DNA of 29,695 bases from Armatimonadota bacterium (lineage in GTDB: Bacteria > Armatimonadota > UBA5829 > DTLH01). Under the pieces are notes generated by a model. That model was given only the letters and a program-made list of their open reading frames with translations. It was not told where the DNA came from and did no database searches. Positions 20,625 through 28,260 of the stretch are shown here, piece by piece. The DNA lies in assembly GCA_039680575.1 (NCBI GenBank), contig JBDKSP010000061.1, forward strand, positions 1-29,695, given 5' to 3'. A program made the position numbers and the translations under genes. Each line of letters opens with the position of its first letter. Position 1 is the stretch's first letter.

Positions 20625-20654
20625 ATGAGATGGTGGGACTCTCCGCCATCTCAT
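20625..20654 (+). terminator. Hairpin after rpsI, likely end of the ribosomal transcript
   Basis: ATGAGATGGTGG / CCGCCATCTCAT 12-bp stem with one G-U pair; weak U-tract. Confidence 0.5.
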
Positions 20655-20698
20655 TCCTCGATATTTACCCCTCATTACTGCTAATCTTAATTTACCTC

Positions 20699-20727
20699 TT
20701 GACGACTGTTCGCTAGTGCGTTAAAAT
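20699..20727 (+). promoter_or_regulatory. Putative sigma70-type promoter for the NlpC/P60 gene
   Basis: TTGACG (20699-20704), 17 nt, TAAAAT (20722-20727). Confidence 0.65.
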
Positions 20728-20885
20728 GTGCCGGTTGATGTTCTGGGAACAGACCACAGAGTTTTGACGTCTGAAAATAGGTAGCATATTCCCCGATAAT
20801 TATGTAAGGCTTTCGTGTGTCACCTGAAAGTCCGTAGCTGTGATGGAAATTATCCATCATTACGATACTCGGAGGAGAGGTCGAC

Positions 20886-21689
20886 TTGAAACATATTCTC
20901 CTTTGCATTCTCGCCGTATTCGCGCTGGCGTGCATAGCTTCAGCAGATGGTGTAGTCACACTTGAGCTGGAGACCCCTAGTCTGCAGAAACAGGAGCCCA
21001 AACACGAGACAAAGAAGACCAAAACGTCTACCAGAAGTGTGAATGCAAGAGCGGAAAGAAAGTCCATCGGCAGGATCGGAATGGTGAATGTTGATAAAGC
21101 CAACATTTATGCCAAAAAGAGCACGAGTTCACGAGTGTATTCTGTCTGCCTGAAGGACACCACGCTTGCAATCACTACGACATCAGGCTCCTGGTACGGG
21201 ATCATGATGATAGACGGCAGCACAGGATGGATAGCGGCAGAAAAAATTACGCTGCTCGATTATCAGGCTGTCCTTCCAGATGTAAACAGAGGTTCTTATG
21301 CAAGTCGCGGGGGGTTCGATGGCCGCAGGTCCGATAACCCTATTGTTCTGACTGCGCTTCAGTACCTTGGCGTGCCTTATGTCTACGGTGGAAATTCCAC
21401 CACAACAGGCATCGATTGCTCGGCTTTTGTAAGGATGGTCTACAAGCAGTTCGGTGTAAATCTACCGAGGGTTTCAAGAGATCAGGCTAATGTGGGAACA
21501 CCGGTTGCGATAGAAGATATTCAGCCCGGTGACAGGCTCTACTTTGCCTGCAAACACTCTTATGTTGACCACTGCGGCATATATGCGGGGAATGGTTATT
21601 TCGTCCATGCATCCGCGTCACATGGTGTAACGGTATCGAACCTTTCAATGAAGTTCTACGCTGATTCGCTCGTTGCCATAATGAGATAG
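20886..21689 (+). CDS. Exported SH3b + NlpC/P60 (C40) cell-wall endopeptidase
   Basis: Signal peptide; SH3-like WYGI..GWI; LGVPYVYGG..GIDCSAF..LPRVSRDQ..PGDRLYF..HCGIY..FVHAS (Cys-His-His); GGAGGAG SD, TTG start. Confidence 0.9.
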   Translation: MKHILLCILAVFALACIASADGVVTLELETPSLQKQEPKHETKKTKTSTRSVNARAERKSIGRIGMVNVDKANIYAKKSTSSRVYSVCLKDTTLAITTTSGSWYGIMMIDGSTGWIAAEKITLLDYQAVLPDVNRGSYASRGGFDGRRSDNPIVLTALQYLGVPYVYGGNSTTTGIDCSAFVRMVYKQFGVNLPRVSRDQANVGTPVAIEDIQPGDRLYFACKHSYVDHCGIYAGNGYFVHASASHGVTVSNLSMKFYADSLVAIMR

Positions 21690-21814
21690 ATAAAGATAAA
21701 CGAATTTAAATATTGGGACGAGCTTTTGCCCGTCCCGGTGTTGTGTACGCAGTATTCTCATCAATTTTACAGATGAGATAATAATACAGACTAATTTAGA
21801 AGGGGACCGGAATT

Positions 21815-22318
21815 ATGCATAAGATGACGGAAGATGGCCTCAAGGCTTCATTTGCAGGTGAGAGCCAGGCGCATGTAAAGTATCTTGTTTTTGCGGAGAA
21901 GGCAAAGCAGGAGCAGAAGCCAAATGTTGCACGTTTGTTCTCCGCCGCTTCGTATGCAGAGCAGGTACATGCCGCAGCGCACCTCAGGGTGCTGAATGGA
22001 GTAGGGTCGACTACAGAGAACCTTGCCGCCGCAGTAACAGGCGAAGGGTTTGAAATAGATGAAATGTATCCCGCTTACATGGCTGTGGCGGATACTCAAA
22101 ACGAGACATCAGCGAAAACATCATTTTTCAGAGCGAACGAGGCTGAAAAGGTCCACAAGAACCTTTATGCAAAAGCTAAAGAGGCTGTAGAGTCCGGGAA
22201 TGACGCTGCTATAAGTGACATCTGGGTCTGCCCTGTGTGCGGATTCACCGCTGAAGGTGCTCAACCGGAGAAATGTCCTCTCTGCGGCGCTGCGGGAGAC
22301 CGTTTCGTAAAGTTCTAG
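21815..22318 (+). CDS. rbr: Rubrerythrin (diiron ferritin-like domain + rubredoxin domain)
   Basis: SFAGESQA..YAEQVHA..GEGFEIDEMYP..AEKVH; C-terminal WVCPVCG..CPLCGA. Confidence 0.92.
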   Translation: MHKMTEDGLKASFAGESQAHVKYLVFAEKAKQEQKPNVARLFSAASYAEQVHAAAHLRVLNGVGSTTENLAAAVTGEGFEIDEMYPAYMAVADTQNETSAKTSFFRANEAEKVHKNLYAKAKEAVESGNDAAISDIWVCPVCGFTAEGAQPEKCPLCGAAGDRFVKF

Positions 22319-22447
22319 ACCCTGTAAAAGGAACGAATTCGGCTGTTATTGCGTAGTTATTACTGGCACATACGCTGGTAAACCTTTCCTTTCGGAAAGA
22401 GATCTTTCCCCGTCCAAAGAGAGATCAGCTGAACAGCCTCCTGAAAG

Positions 22448-22487
22448 AACCCCGTGGATGGCCGCTTTATCCGCGGGGTTTCTTCTT
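22448..22487 (+). terminator. Intrinsic terminator downstream of rbr
   Basis: AACCCCGTGGAT / ATCCGCGGGGTT stem (U-G wobble favours + strand), then TCTTCTT. Confidence 0.65.
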
Positions 22488-22601
22488 GTACCTGTGGTTC
22501 TGAAAAAATATTCGCAGCAGGTGTTTTGATTATGAGGATTTTATAGTATAGTAGGGACAATTCATGCGAACCAGAAAAACAGATCATGGAGGTAGAAACC
22601 T

Positions 22602-23234
22602 ATGAACAGAAACAGATTAGTGATTTTGGTAGGTATAGTGCTGTTGGCAGGAGCGCTGATATTCAGTTGGGCAGCGCAGCAGTCGCCAACAGCCGGTGGG
22701 AGCTGTTGTGGATCCAGCTGTACCGTCAAGGCGGTTTCTTCTGCACCGGTAAATGATACTCCGGGAACCGCGTGCTGTGGCGCGTCATGCTCCTGCCCGA
22801 TGATGCAGGGAGCCGGAAAAGAGATCCATGATGCGTATATGAACGAGACAGCGGGACTCAGGAAAGATTTAGCGGAAGCCCGAGCTGAACTCGACACTTT
22901 GCTTTCAGCGACACCTGTCGACAAAGAAGCTGTCTCGAAGCAGGTCGAGAAGATAAACGGTCTTCAGTCGGAGCTTTTCACTAAAACGGTTGATATGTGG
23001 GTAGCGGTACACGAACAGTTCCCGGACGGCAAGACATGTGAGAACTGCAAGGGTCCCGTGGCATGCTGCATGATGATGAGCGATCAGTGCCCGAAGATGC
23101 TTTGCAAGGATAAACCCGGATGTGCCAAAGGCATGGGTTGCGGCAAAGCATCCGTAAAACCGGCAGCCAGCGAAACTACAGAATGCGGCCCAAATGGATG
23201 CCCTATCGTACGGAACGGAAAGACCTCTAAATAG
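22602..23234 (+). CDS. Exported Cys-rich protein with a ZraP/Spy/CpxP-like (heavy-metal-resistance type) helical core
   Basis: Signal peptide; core ETAGLRKDLAEARAELDTLL..PVDKEAVSKQVEKINGLQSEL; 17 Cys in the flanking segments; GGAGG SD. Confidence 0.65.
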   Translation: MNRNRLVILVGIVLLAGALIFSWAAQQSPTAGGSCCGSSCTVKAVSSAPVNDTPGTACCGASCSCPMMQGAGKEIHDAYMNETAGLRKDLAEARAELDTLLSATPVDKEAVSKQVEKINGLQSELFTKTVDMWVAVHEQFPDGKTCENCKGPVACCMMMSDQCPKMLCKDKPGCAKGMGCGKASVKPAASETTECGPNGCPIVRNGKTSK

Positions 23235-23252
23235 TCTGTTCCTAGAGAATAG

Positions 23253-23309
23253 AAGGATGTAGGATTTATGGAGACTGTGGGAGTCTGCGCTTTCCTACAT
23301 CCTTTCTTT
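23253..23309 (+). terminator. Intrinsic terminator-like hairpin
   Basis: AAGGATGTAGGA / TCCTACATCCTT perfect 12-bp stem, then TCTTT. Confidence 0.55.
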
Positions 23310-23467
23310 AATTACGCTTCATTTCCTCGTACAGGCCTCAATCATAGCCCAGAGACTCTCGTTTTTCCTGCTGATAACCGGCTGCAATCCCACGTTTCGT
23401 ACCTGGAGTCTGCTGGTATAGTGCTAACGGAAGTGGTTTACTCATCACTTGTTGCGGAGGTAAAGGT

Positions 23468-24817
23468 ATGAGTAAGTTTGCACTGATTCTCCTTGTTTTC
23501 TGTCTTTTATGCTTATCTCAGATTGCAGTCGCGTCACCCGAAGACGCATCCACAGCGGAAGAATTTATCGGGATGCTTGTCAAGGGCGATTATACAAACG
23601 CAGTTGATAGGTTGGACAGCAGCATGAGGGCTGCGCTTCCCACTGATAAGCTGAAAGATGTCTGGAAATCCATTACAGACCGGTACGGGCAGTTCAAAAG
23701 GCATATTCGGACGAGCTCAGCGAAGATACAGGACTACGACGCGGTCATTCTGACCTGCGAGTTCGAAAAATCATGCGTCGAAATCAGAGTAATATTCAGC
23801 GCCCTGCATAGGATCAGCGGGTTGTGGTTCAGTCCGGGTCCGTGTAATGACGAATACAAACAGCCATCTTATGTAAAATCCTACACATTTAAGCAAAAGG
23901 AAGTCGCTGTAGGTTCGGCGGAGTGGTCGCTGCCCGGTACATTGTACATGCCCCAAGGAGAGTCGGCAGTCCCAGCGGTAGTTATGGTCCATGGCTCAGG
24001 ACCGCAGGATAGAGACGAGACCATCGGCCCGAACAAGCCGTTTCGTGATCTTGCCATGGGGCTCGCGTCCAGAGGTATTGCCGTTTTATGCTATGAGAAG
24101 CGGACAAAGCAATACGGCGCAAAGATCGCTCTCATGGAAAGCAGTGTTACCGTGAAAGAGGAGGTCGTGGACGATGCCGTGGCCGCCGTCGCGCTTCTCA
24201 AACGGACAGGCAGCGTCGATCCCAGGCGGATTTTCGTCCTTGGACACAGCCTTGGAGGGATGATGATTCCCAGGATCGCAAAAGCCGACCCCGACATCGC
24301 CGGGCTGATCGTTATGGCGGGTACAAGCAGGCCGCTTGAAGATGTCATCCTTGAACAGACCGTCTATCTGTTTTCTGCCAAGGGTTCGCTTTCGGCAGAT
24401 GACCAGAAGGCAATCGATACTGTCAAACAGCAGGTGGCGCGTGTCAAAGAGGCGAGTCTGAGCGCATCTACGTCGCCATCAGCCTTGCCGTTTGGTATCC
24501 CGGCCAATTATTGGCTGGATTTACGTGGATATGACCCTCCCAAGGCCGCTGCAGACCTCACGCAGCCGATACTGATCCTGCAGGGAGGCCGGGACTACCA
24601 GGTGACGAGTTCAGATTACGAACGATGGAAAGAGGCACTCTCAAACCGGAAAAATGTTGAGTTCAAGCTGTATCCCGACCTTAACCACCTGTTCATGACC
24701 GGCCAGGAGAAGAGCACTCCGGCAGAGTATAACGTTCCCGGAAACGTTGTAGAAAAAGTGGTAGTCGATATTGCGGAGTGGGTGAAGGCGAATGGGATAG
24801 AGAATCCTAAATCTTGA
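23468..24817 (+). CDS. Exported alpha/beta-fold serine hydrolase with N-terminal DUF3887-like domain
   Basis: Signal peptide; HGSGPQDRDE; nucleophile GHSLGG; QGGRDYQV (Asp); LNHLF (His); GGAGG SD. Confidence 0.88.
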   Translation: MSKFALILLVFCLLCLSQIAVASPEDASTAEEFIGMLVKGDYTNAVDRLDSSMRAALPTDKLKDVWKSITDRYGQFKRHIRTSSAKIQDYDAVILTCEFEKSCVEIRVIFSALHRISGLWFSPGPCNDEYKQPSYVKSYTFKQKEVAVGSAEWSLPGTLYMPQGESAVPAVVMVHGSGPQDRDETIGPNKPFRDLAMGLASRGIAVLCYEKRTKQYGAKIALMESSVTVKEEVVDDAVAAVALLKRTGSVDPRRIFVLGHSLGGMMIPRIAKADPDIAGLIVMAGTSRPLEDVILEQTVYLFSAKGSLSADDQKAIDTVKQQVARVKEASLSASTSPSALPFGIPANYWLDLRGYDPPKAAADLTQPILILQGGRDYQVTSSDYERWKEALSNRKNVEFKLYPDLNHLFMTGQEKSTPAEYNVPGNVVEKVVVDIAEWVKANGIENPKS

Positions 24818-24928
24818 CCTTGCAAATCGCGCTGGATCATGGTATACAGATGGTGGTAAATGAATTATAGTATCCTTGATGTTGAGCCGCGAGGGATTTC
24901 CTTTCGGTAAAACATTATTTATAACTAC

Positions 24929-25022
24929 AGAGTTTCAGGAGATAAAGTAACAGCCTTACAGCTATATAAAAGTTCTCTGATATAGCTTTATCTGTTGATT
25001 TTACACTTACACCTGAAACTCT
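24929..25022. repeat. 94-bp element with 11-bp terminal inverted repeats (MITE-like or structured RNA)
   Basis: AGAGTTTCAGG (24929-24939) / CCTGAAACTCT (25012-25022); internal AGCTATAT/ATATAGCT stem; related copy at 29040. Confidence 0.55.
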
Positions 25023-25087
25023 TCCGGAAGATTTTCGGCAACAGCCAATATATGATTGGCCGTTAATTAATCAGCCGAAAATCTATA

Positions 25088-25200
25088 GTTGCACTGATAC
25101 CGGAAGGTTCGTCCCGACGTGAAGGCAATGATAATAGATATATTCAGGGCTATATCCTGTCTGCATATTATCCTTGCGCCGTCCGGTGCAGGGATTTTTT
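25088..25200 (+). promoter_or_regulatory. Attenuator/riboswitch-like leader ending in an intrinsic terminator just before the TM1266-hydG RBS
   Basis: Terminator ATCCTTGCGCC-GTCC-GGTGCAGGGAT-TTTTT (25170-25200); competing pairing 25125-25135 with 25167-25177. Confidence 0.6.
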
Positions 25201-25217
25201 GTTAAGTGGAGGTTAGG

Positions 25218-25475
25218 GTGGATTCTAGAATAGTGGCCATAAGCATCATCGTGGAATCTCCGGACTCCGTAGAAAAACTGAACGGCCTGCTGCACGACTA
25301 CAGCAAGTACATCGTAGGCCGTATGGGGATCCCTTACCCGAAAAGAGGCATATCCATCATATGCGTGGTATTGGACGCCCCAAACGATGTCATAAGCGCG
25401 CTTTCCGGTAAGCTCGGAATGCTGCCGAACGTGACGGCGAAGACCGCTTATTCCAAAAGTTTCGATTCCGAGTAG
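25218..25475 (+). CDS. TM1266-family putative iron-only hydrogenase system regulator (ACT-like fold), GTG start
   Basis: SRIVAISIIVE..KLNGLLHDY..IVGRMGIPY..ISALSGKLGMLP; GGAGG SD at 25208; directly upstream of hydG. Confidence 0.85.
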   Translation: MDSRIVAISIIVESPDSVEKLNGLLHDYSKYIVGRMGIPYPKRGISIICVVLDAPNDVISALSGKLGMLPNVTAKTAYSKSFDSE

Positions 25476-25511
25476 GCTCAGTGCCGGCTGCGCCTGAGAA
25501 TGGAGGCAATT

Positions 25512-26936
25512 ATGTATAACGTAAAATCCAAGGACGCTAACGAGTTCATAGACGATGGGGAAGTCCTGGCATCCATAGAACACGGAAAAAAACTGTCGGC
25601 GGACAGTGCCGAAATAGACAGGGTAATGGCGAAAGCCCGCCTCTATAACGGTTTGACGCACAGAGAAGCCGCGGTGCTCCTCGATGTCGATGATGATGAG
25701 ACTCTGGAGAAGATATACAAGCTGGCAAAGGACATAAAGGAGAAGATTTATGGCAAGAGGATAGTCCTTTTCGCTCCTCTTTACCTCTCCAGCTACTGCG
25801 TGAATAACTGCAAATACTGCGGGTACAGATGCGCGAACGAGATAGGCCGACACCAACTCTCCCAGGAAGAAGTGCGAAGAGAAGTGCGCGCCCTCGAGGC
25901 AATGGGACACAAGCGGCTGCTCTTGGAAGCCGGTGAAGATGACAAGAAATGCTCTATCGACTATATTCTGGAGTGCATAAAGACTATTTACTCGGAGAAG
26001 TTCGAGAACGGGTCCATCAGGAGAGTAAACGTAGATATTGCCGCCACCACAGTAGAGAACTACAGGAAGCTGAAAGAGGCGAAGATCGGCACATATATTC
26101 TCTTCCAGGAGGCCTACCACAAGCCCACATACCTCGAAATGCACAGCGGCCCGAAGCGCAACTATGAATGGCACACGGAGGCTATGGACCGTGCGATGGA
26201 AGGCGGAATCGATGATGTCGGGATCGGTCCTTTATATGGACTGTACGACTACCATTACGAGACAATCGCTCTTTTGATGCACGCCGAGCATCTGGAAGCC
26301 GTGCATGGGGTTGGTCCGCACACCATCTCATTCCCAAGACTGCTGCCTGCGGAGGGTATGGACTACGACAGCTTTCCGCATCTCGTGAAAGACAGGGATT
26401 TCAAGAAGGTCGTGGCTGTAATCCGGCTGGCGGTTCCATACACGGGGATGATTCTCTCCACCAGAGAGTCCGTAGAGTTCAGAAAAGAGCTCCTCGCTAT
26501 CGGCATCTCCCAGATGAGCGCGGGGTCCTGCGTCGGAGTCGGCGGGTATGCCAAGAGAGCTACCATAGATGAAAACGGTATAGAGGAAAAACCTCAGTTT
26601 GACCTGGCGGACCATCGGAAACCTTCGGAGATTTTGAAGTGGCTGGTAGAAGACGGCTATATTCCCAGCTACTGCACCGCCTGTTACCGCAAAGGGAGGA
26701 CGGGAGACCGGTTTATGCCGCTTGCAAAGAGCGGTCAGATAAACAACTTCTGCCTGCCGAACGCGCTTCTGACCTTTGAGGAATATCTGACCGATTATGC
26801 TGACCCTGAGCTTAAAGGAATGGGGCAGAAGATGATAGACCAGGAAATCCAGAACGTGCCGGACGAGACCCGCAGGGCTGAAGCGCTCGATTACCTGGCT
26901 CGCATAAGGGCAGGGGAGAGAGACCTGCGTTTCTGA
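25512..26936 (+). CDS. hydG: [FeFe]-hydrogenase H-cluster radical SAM maturase HydG
   Basis: RIVLFAPLYLSSYCVNNCKYCG (CxxxCxxC); GPHTISFPR; C-terminal CTAC-X22-C auxiliary cluster motif, absent in ThiH; GERDLRF end; GGAGG SD. Confidence 0.92.
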   Translation: MYNVKSKDANEFIDDGEVLASIEHGKKLSADSAEIDRVMAKARLYNGLTHREAAVLLDVDDDETLEKIYKLAKDIKEKIYGKRIVLFAPLYLSSYCVNNCKYCGYRCANEIGRHQLSQEEVRREVRALEAMGHKRLLLEAGEDDKKCSIDYILECIKTIYSEKFENGSIRRVNVDIAATTVENYRKLKEAKIGTYILFQEAYHKPTYLEMHSGPKRNYEWHTEAMDRAMEGGIDDVGIGPLYGLYDYHYETIALLMHAEHLEAVHGVGPHTISFPRLLPAEGMDYDSFPHLVKDRDFKKVVAVIRLAVPYTGMILSTRESVEFRKELLAIGISQMSAGSCVGVGGYAKRATIDENGIEEKPQFDLADHRKPSEILKWLVEDGYIPSYCTACYRKGRTGDRFMPLAKSGQINNFCLPNALLTFEEYLTDYADPELKGMGQKMIDQEIQNVPDETRRAEALDYLARIRAGERDLRF

Positions 26937-26951
26937 TAGTTGTTTTCTATT

Positions 26952-26978
26952 GCATCGGGGCGAATTATGCCCCGATGC
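26952..26978. terminator. Perfect 10-bp GC-rich hairpin after hydG (terminator or REP-like)
   Basis: GCATCGGGGC-GAATTAT-GCCCCGATGC; no U-tract. Confidence 0.45.
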
Positions 26979-27060
26979 CACAATTATGTTGAATAATCGT
27001 CGCTATGGGTTTACTTCCTCGTGAGAATTGTTTGATGTGTATACCGAGCGTTTGTTGATC

Positions 27061-27069
27061 TGATATAAT
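27061..27069 (+). promoter_or_regulatory. Extended -10 promoter element (TGaTATAAT) placed for a leaderless DUF72 mRNA
   Basis: TATAAT 27064-27069, TG at 27061-27062; GTG start follows after a 6-nt gap; no SD. Confidence 0.55.
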
Positions 27070-27075
27070 CTGCCT

Positions 27076-27876
27076 GTGATACGAATAGGGACCAGCGGAT
27101 ACAGCTTTCAAGACTGGAAGGGAACGGTCTACCCGTCCAATATAAAAGATGGGGAGATGTTCGCCTACTGCATAGACCACTACCGGTTGAACACTGTGGA
27201 AATCAACTACACGTACTACAAGCAGCCGGTTGCCCGCACATTCGAGAGCATGATCAAAAAATGCCCGGAGGACTTCTTCTTCACGGTCAAACTGTTCGGC
27301 GGCATCACTCATAAAGGCTTGAAGCCGGACCCGGAGTGCTGCAGGCGGTTTCTGGATGGTATAAAGCCGGTAATCGAAGCCGGGATGCTTGGGTGCTTAC
27401 TCGCGCAGTTTCCCCCGACCCTAAATAGAAGCTCTGAAGCCTGGGATTATCTGCTGTCGCTCCCGGATGCGCTTGATGGGCTGCCGCTCGTATACGAGTT
27501 TCGCAACAGAACATGGGTCGCAGAGGAGACCGGCAGGACTCTGAAGGAAGCGAATATCGGCTACTGCGCTGTAGATGAGCCGCAGGTCGGGCAGCTTATG
27601 CCGCTTGTCCCGAATGTGACGTCTGATATCGCGTATCTTCGGCTTCATGGGCGCAACCGGAACTGGTTTACGGACCCGTCACAGAGGTACGACTACCTGT
27701 ACAGCGAAAAGGAGCTGATGTCGTTCATTCCCATCATCGAGCGTATGGCGTCCGAGAGCACCTGCATCTATGTTCAGTTCAACAACTGCCATGCGGGGTC
27801 GGCGCTTCGAAACGTCAAGATGCTGCAGTACCTGCTTGGGTTGAATTTGCCCCCGATACAGGGAGAATTGTTCTGA
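27076..27876 (+). CDS. DUF72 (YecE-like) TIM-barrel protein, GTG start
   Basis: IRIGTSGYSFQDWKG..NTVEINYTYY..FTVKL..LLAQFPP..YEFRN..YLRLHGRN..YLYSEKEL..FNNC. Confidence 0.9.
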   Translation: MIRIGTSGYSFQDWKGTVYPSNIKDGEMFAYCIDHYRLNTVEINYTYYKQPVARTFESMIKKCPEDFFFTVKLFGGITHKGLKPDPECCRRFLDGIKPVIEAGMLGCLLAQFPPTLNRSSEAWDYLLSLPDALDGLPLVYEFRNRTWVAEETGRTLKEANIGYCAVDEPQVGQLMPLVPNVTSDIAYLRLHGRNRNWFTDPSQRYDYLYSEKELMSFIPIIERMASESTCIYVQFNNCHAGSALRNVKMLQYLLGLNLPPIQGELF

Positions 27877-27901
27877 TTCTGCTGCAGCGGGGGAGTTAAT
27901 A

Positions 27902-28246
27902 CTATTCCTCGTCGGCGGGGAGGCGTTTTCCCCTCTCCAATGCCTTTTTGAGCAGCTTTTTCGCTTCTTCTGCGCGGGATACAGGGACTGTTATCGCTTC
28001 TTCAGCGATCGGACCGCCGAATGCATCGAGATCGGTATCGATATCCGCTCTTTCCCGGACCGGGATCCCGGCTTCTTCGAGGATATTTCTCAAAATTACT
28101 GCTTCAGTGGTGTCTTCAGCTATGTAGATCGGGACCATCTCCTCGATCTCCTCGGGCGGAAGTTCGGACACCAGTTCCGCCCCGCAATCAGGGCAGTTTT
28201 TGATACCATCGTTATACTCGTATTTGCAGTTAGGACAGTAAGGCAT
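27902..28246 (-). CDS. Zinc-ribbon + DUF2007 (putative signal-transducing) protein
   Basis: MPYCPNCKYEY..CPDCGAELV; EAVILRNILEEAGIP..ITVPVSRAEEAKKLL; AAGGAG SD. Confidence 0.75.
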   Translation of the reverse strand: MPYCPNCKYEYNDGIKNCPDCGAELVSELPPEEIEEMVPIYIAEDTTEAVILRNILEEAGIPVRERADIDTDLDAFGGPIAEEAITVPVSRAEEAKKLLKKALERGKRLPADEE

Positions 28247-28260
28247 ATCGCAGTCTCCTT

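Noticed and set aside
20733..20885. c-di-AMP or c-di-GMP riboswitch before the NlpC/P60 gene
   Set aside because: Hallmark motifs (GCTGAATCC/GGAACC/GCTAAC, or GGCAAA..GACGCAAAG) are absent.
21770..21814. PerR/Fur box upstream of rubrerythrin
   Set aside because: AT-rich but no convincing inverted repeat matching either consensus.
23268..23471. 67-aa ORF before the hydrolase
   Set aside because: Starts inside a terminator-like hairpin and has no recognisable features.
24995..25020. GTT..GAAAC sequence resembling a CRISPR repeat
   Set aside because: Only isolated inverted copies 4 kb apart; no regular spacers and no cas genes.
25512..26936. Annotation as thiH
   Set aside because: The C-terminal CX2CX22C motif, the length and the TM1266 neighbour indicate HydG; no thi genes or TPP riboswitch nearby.
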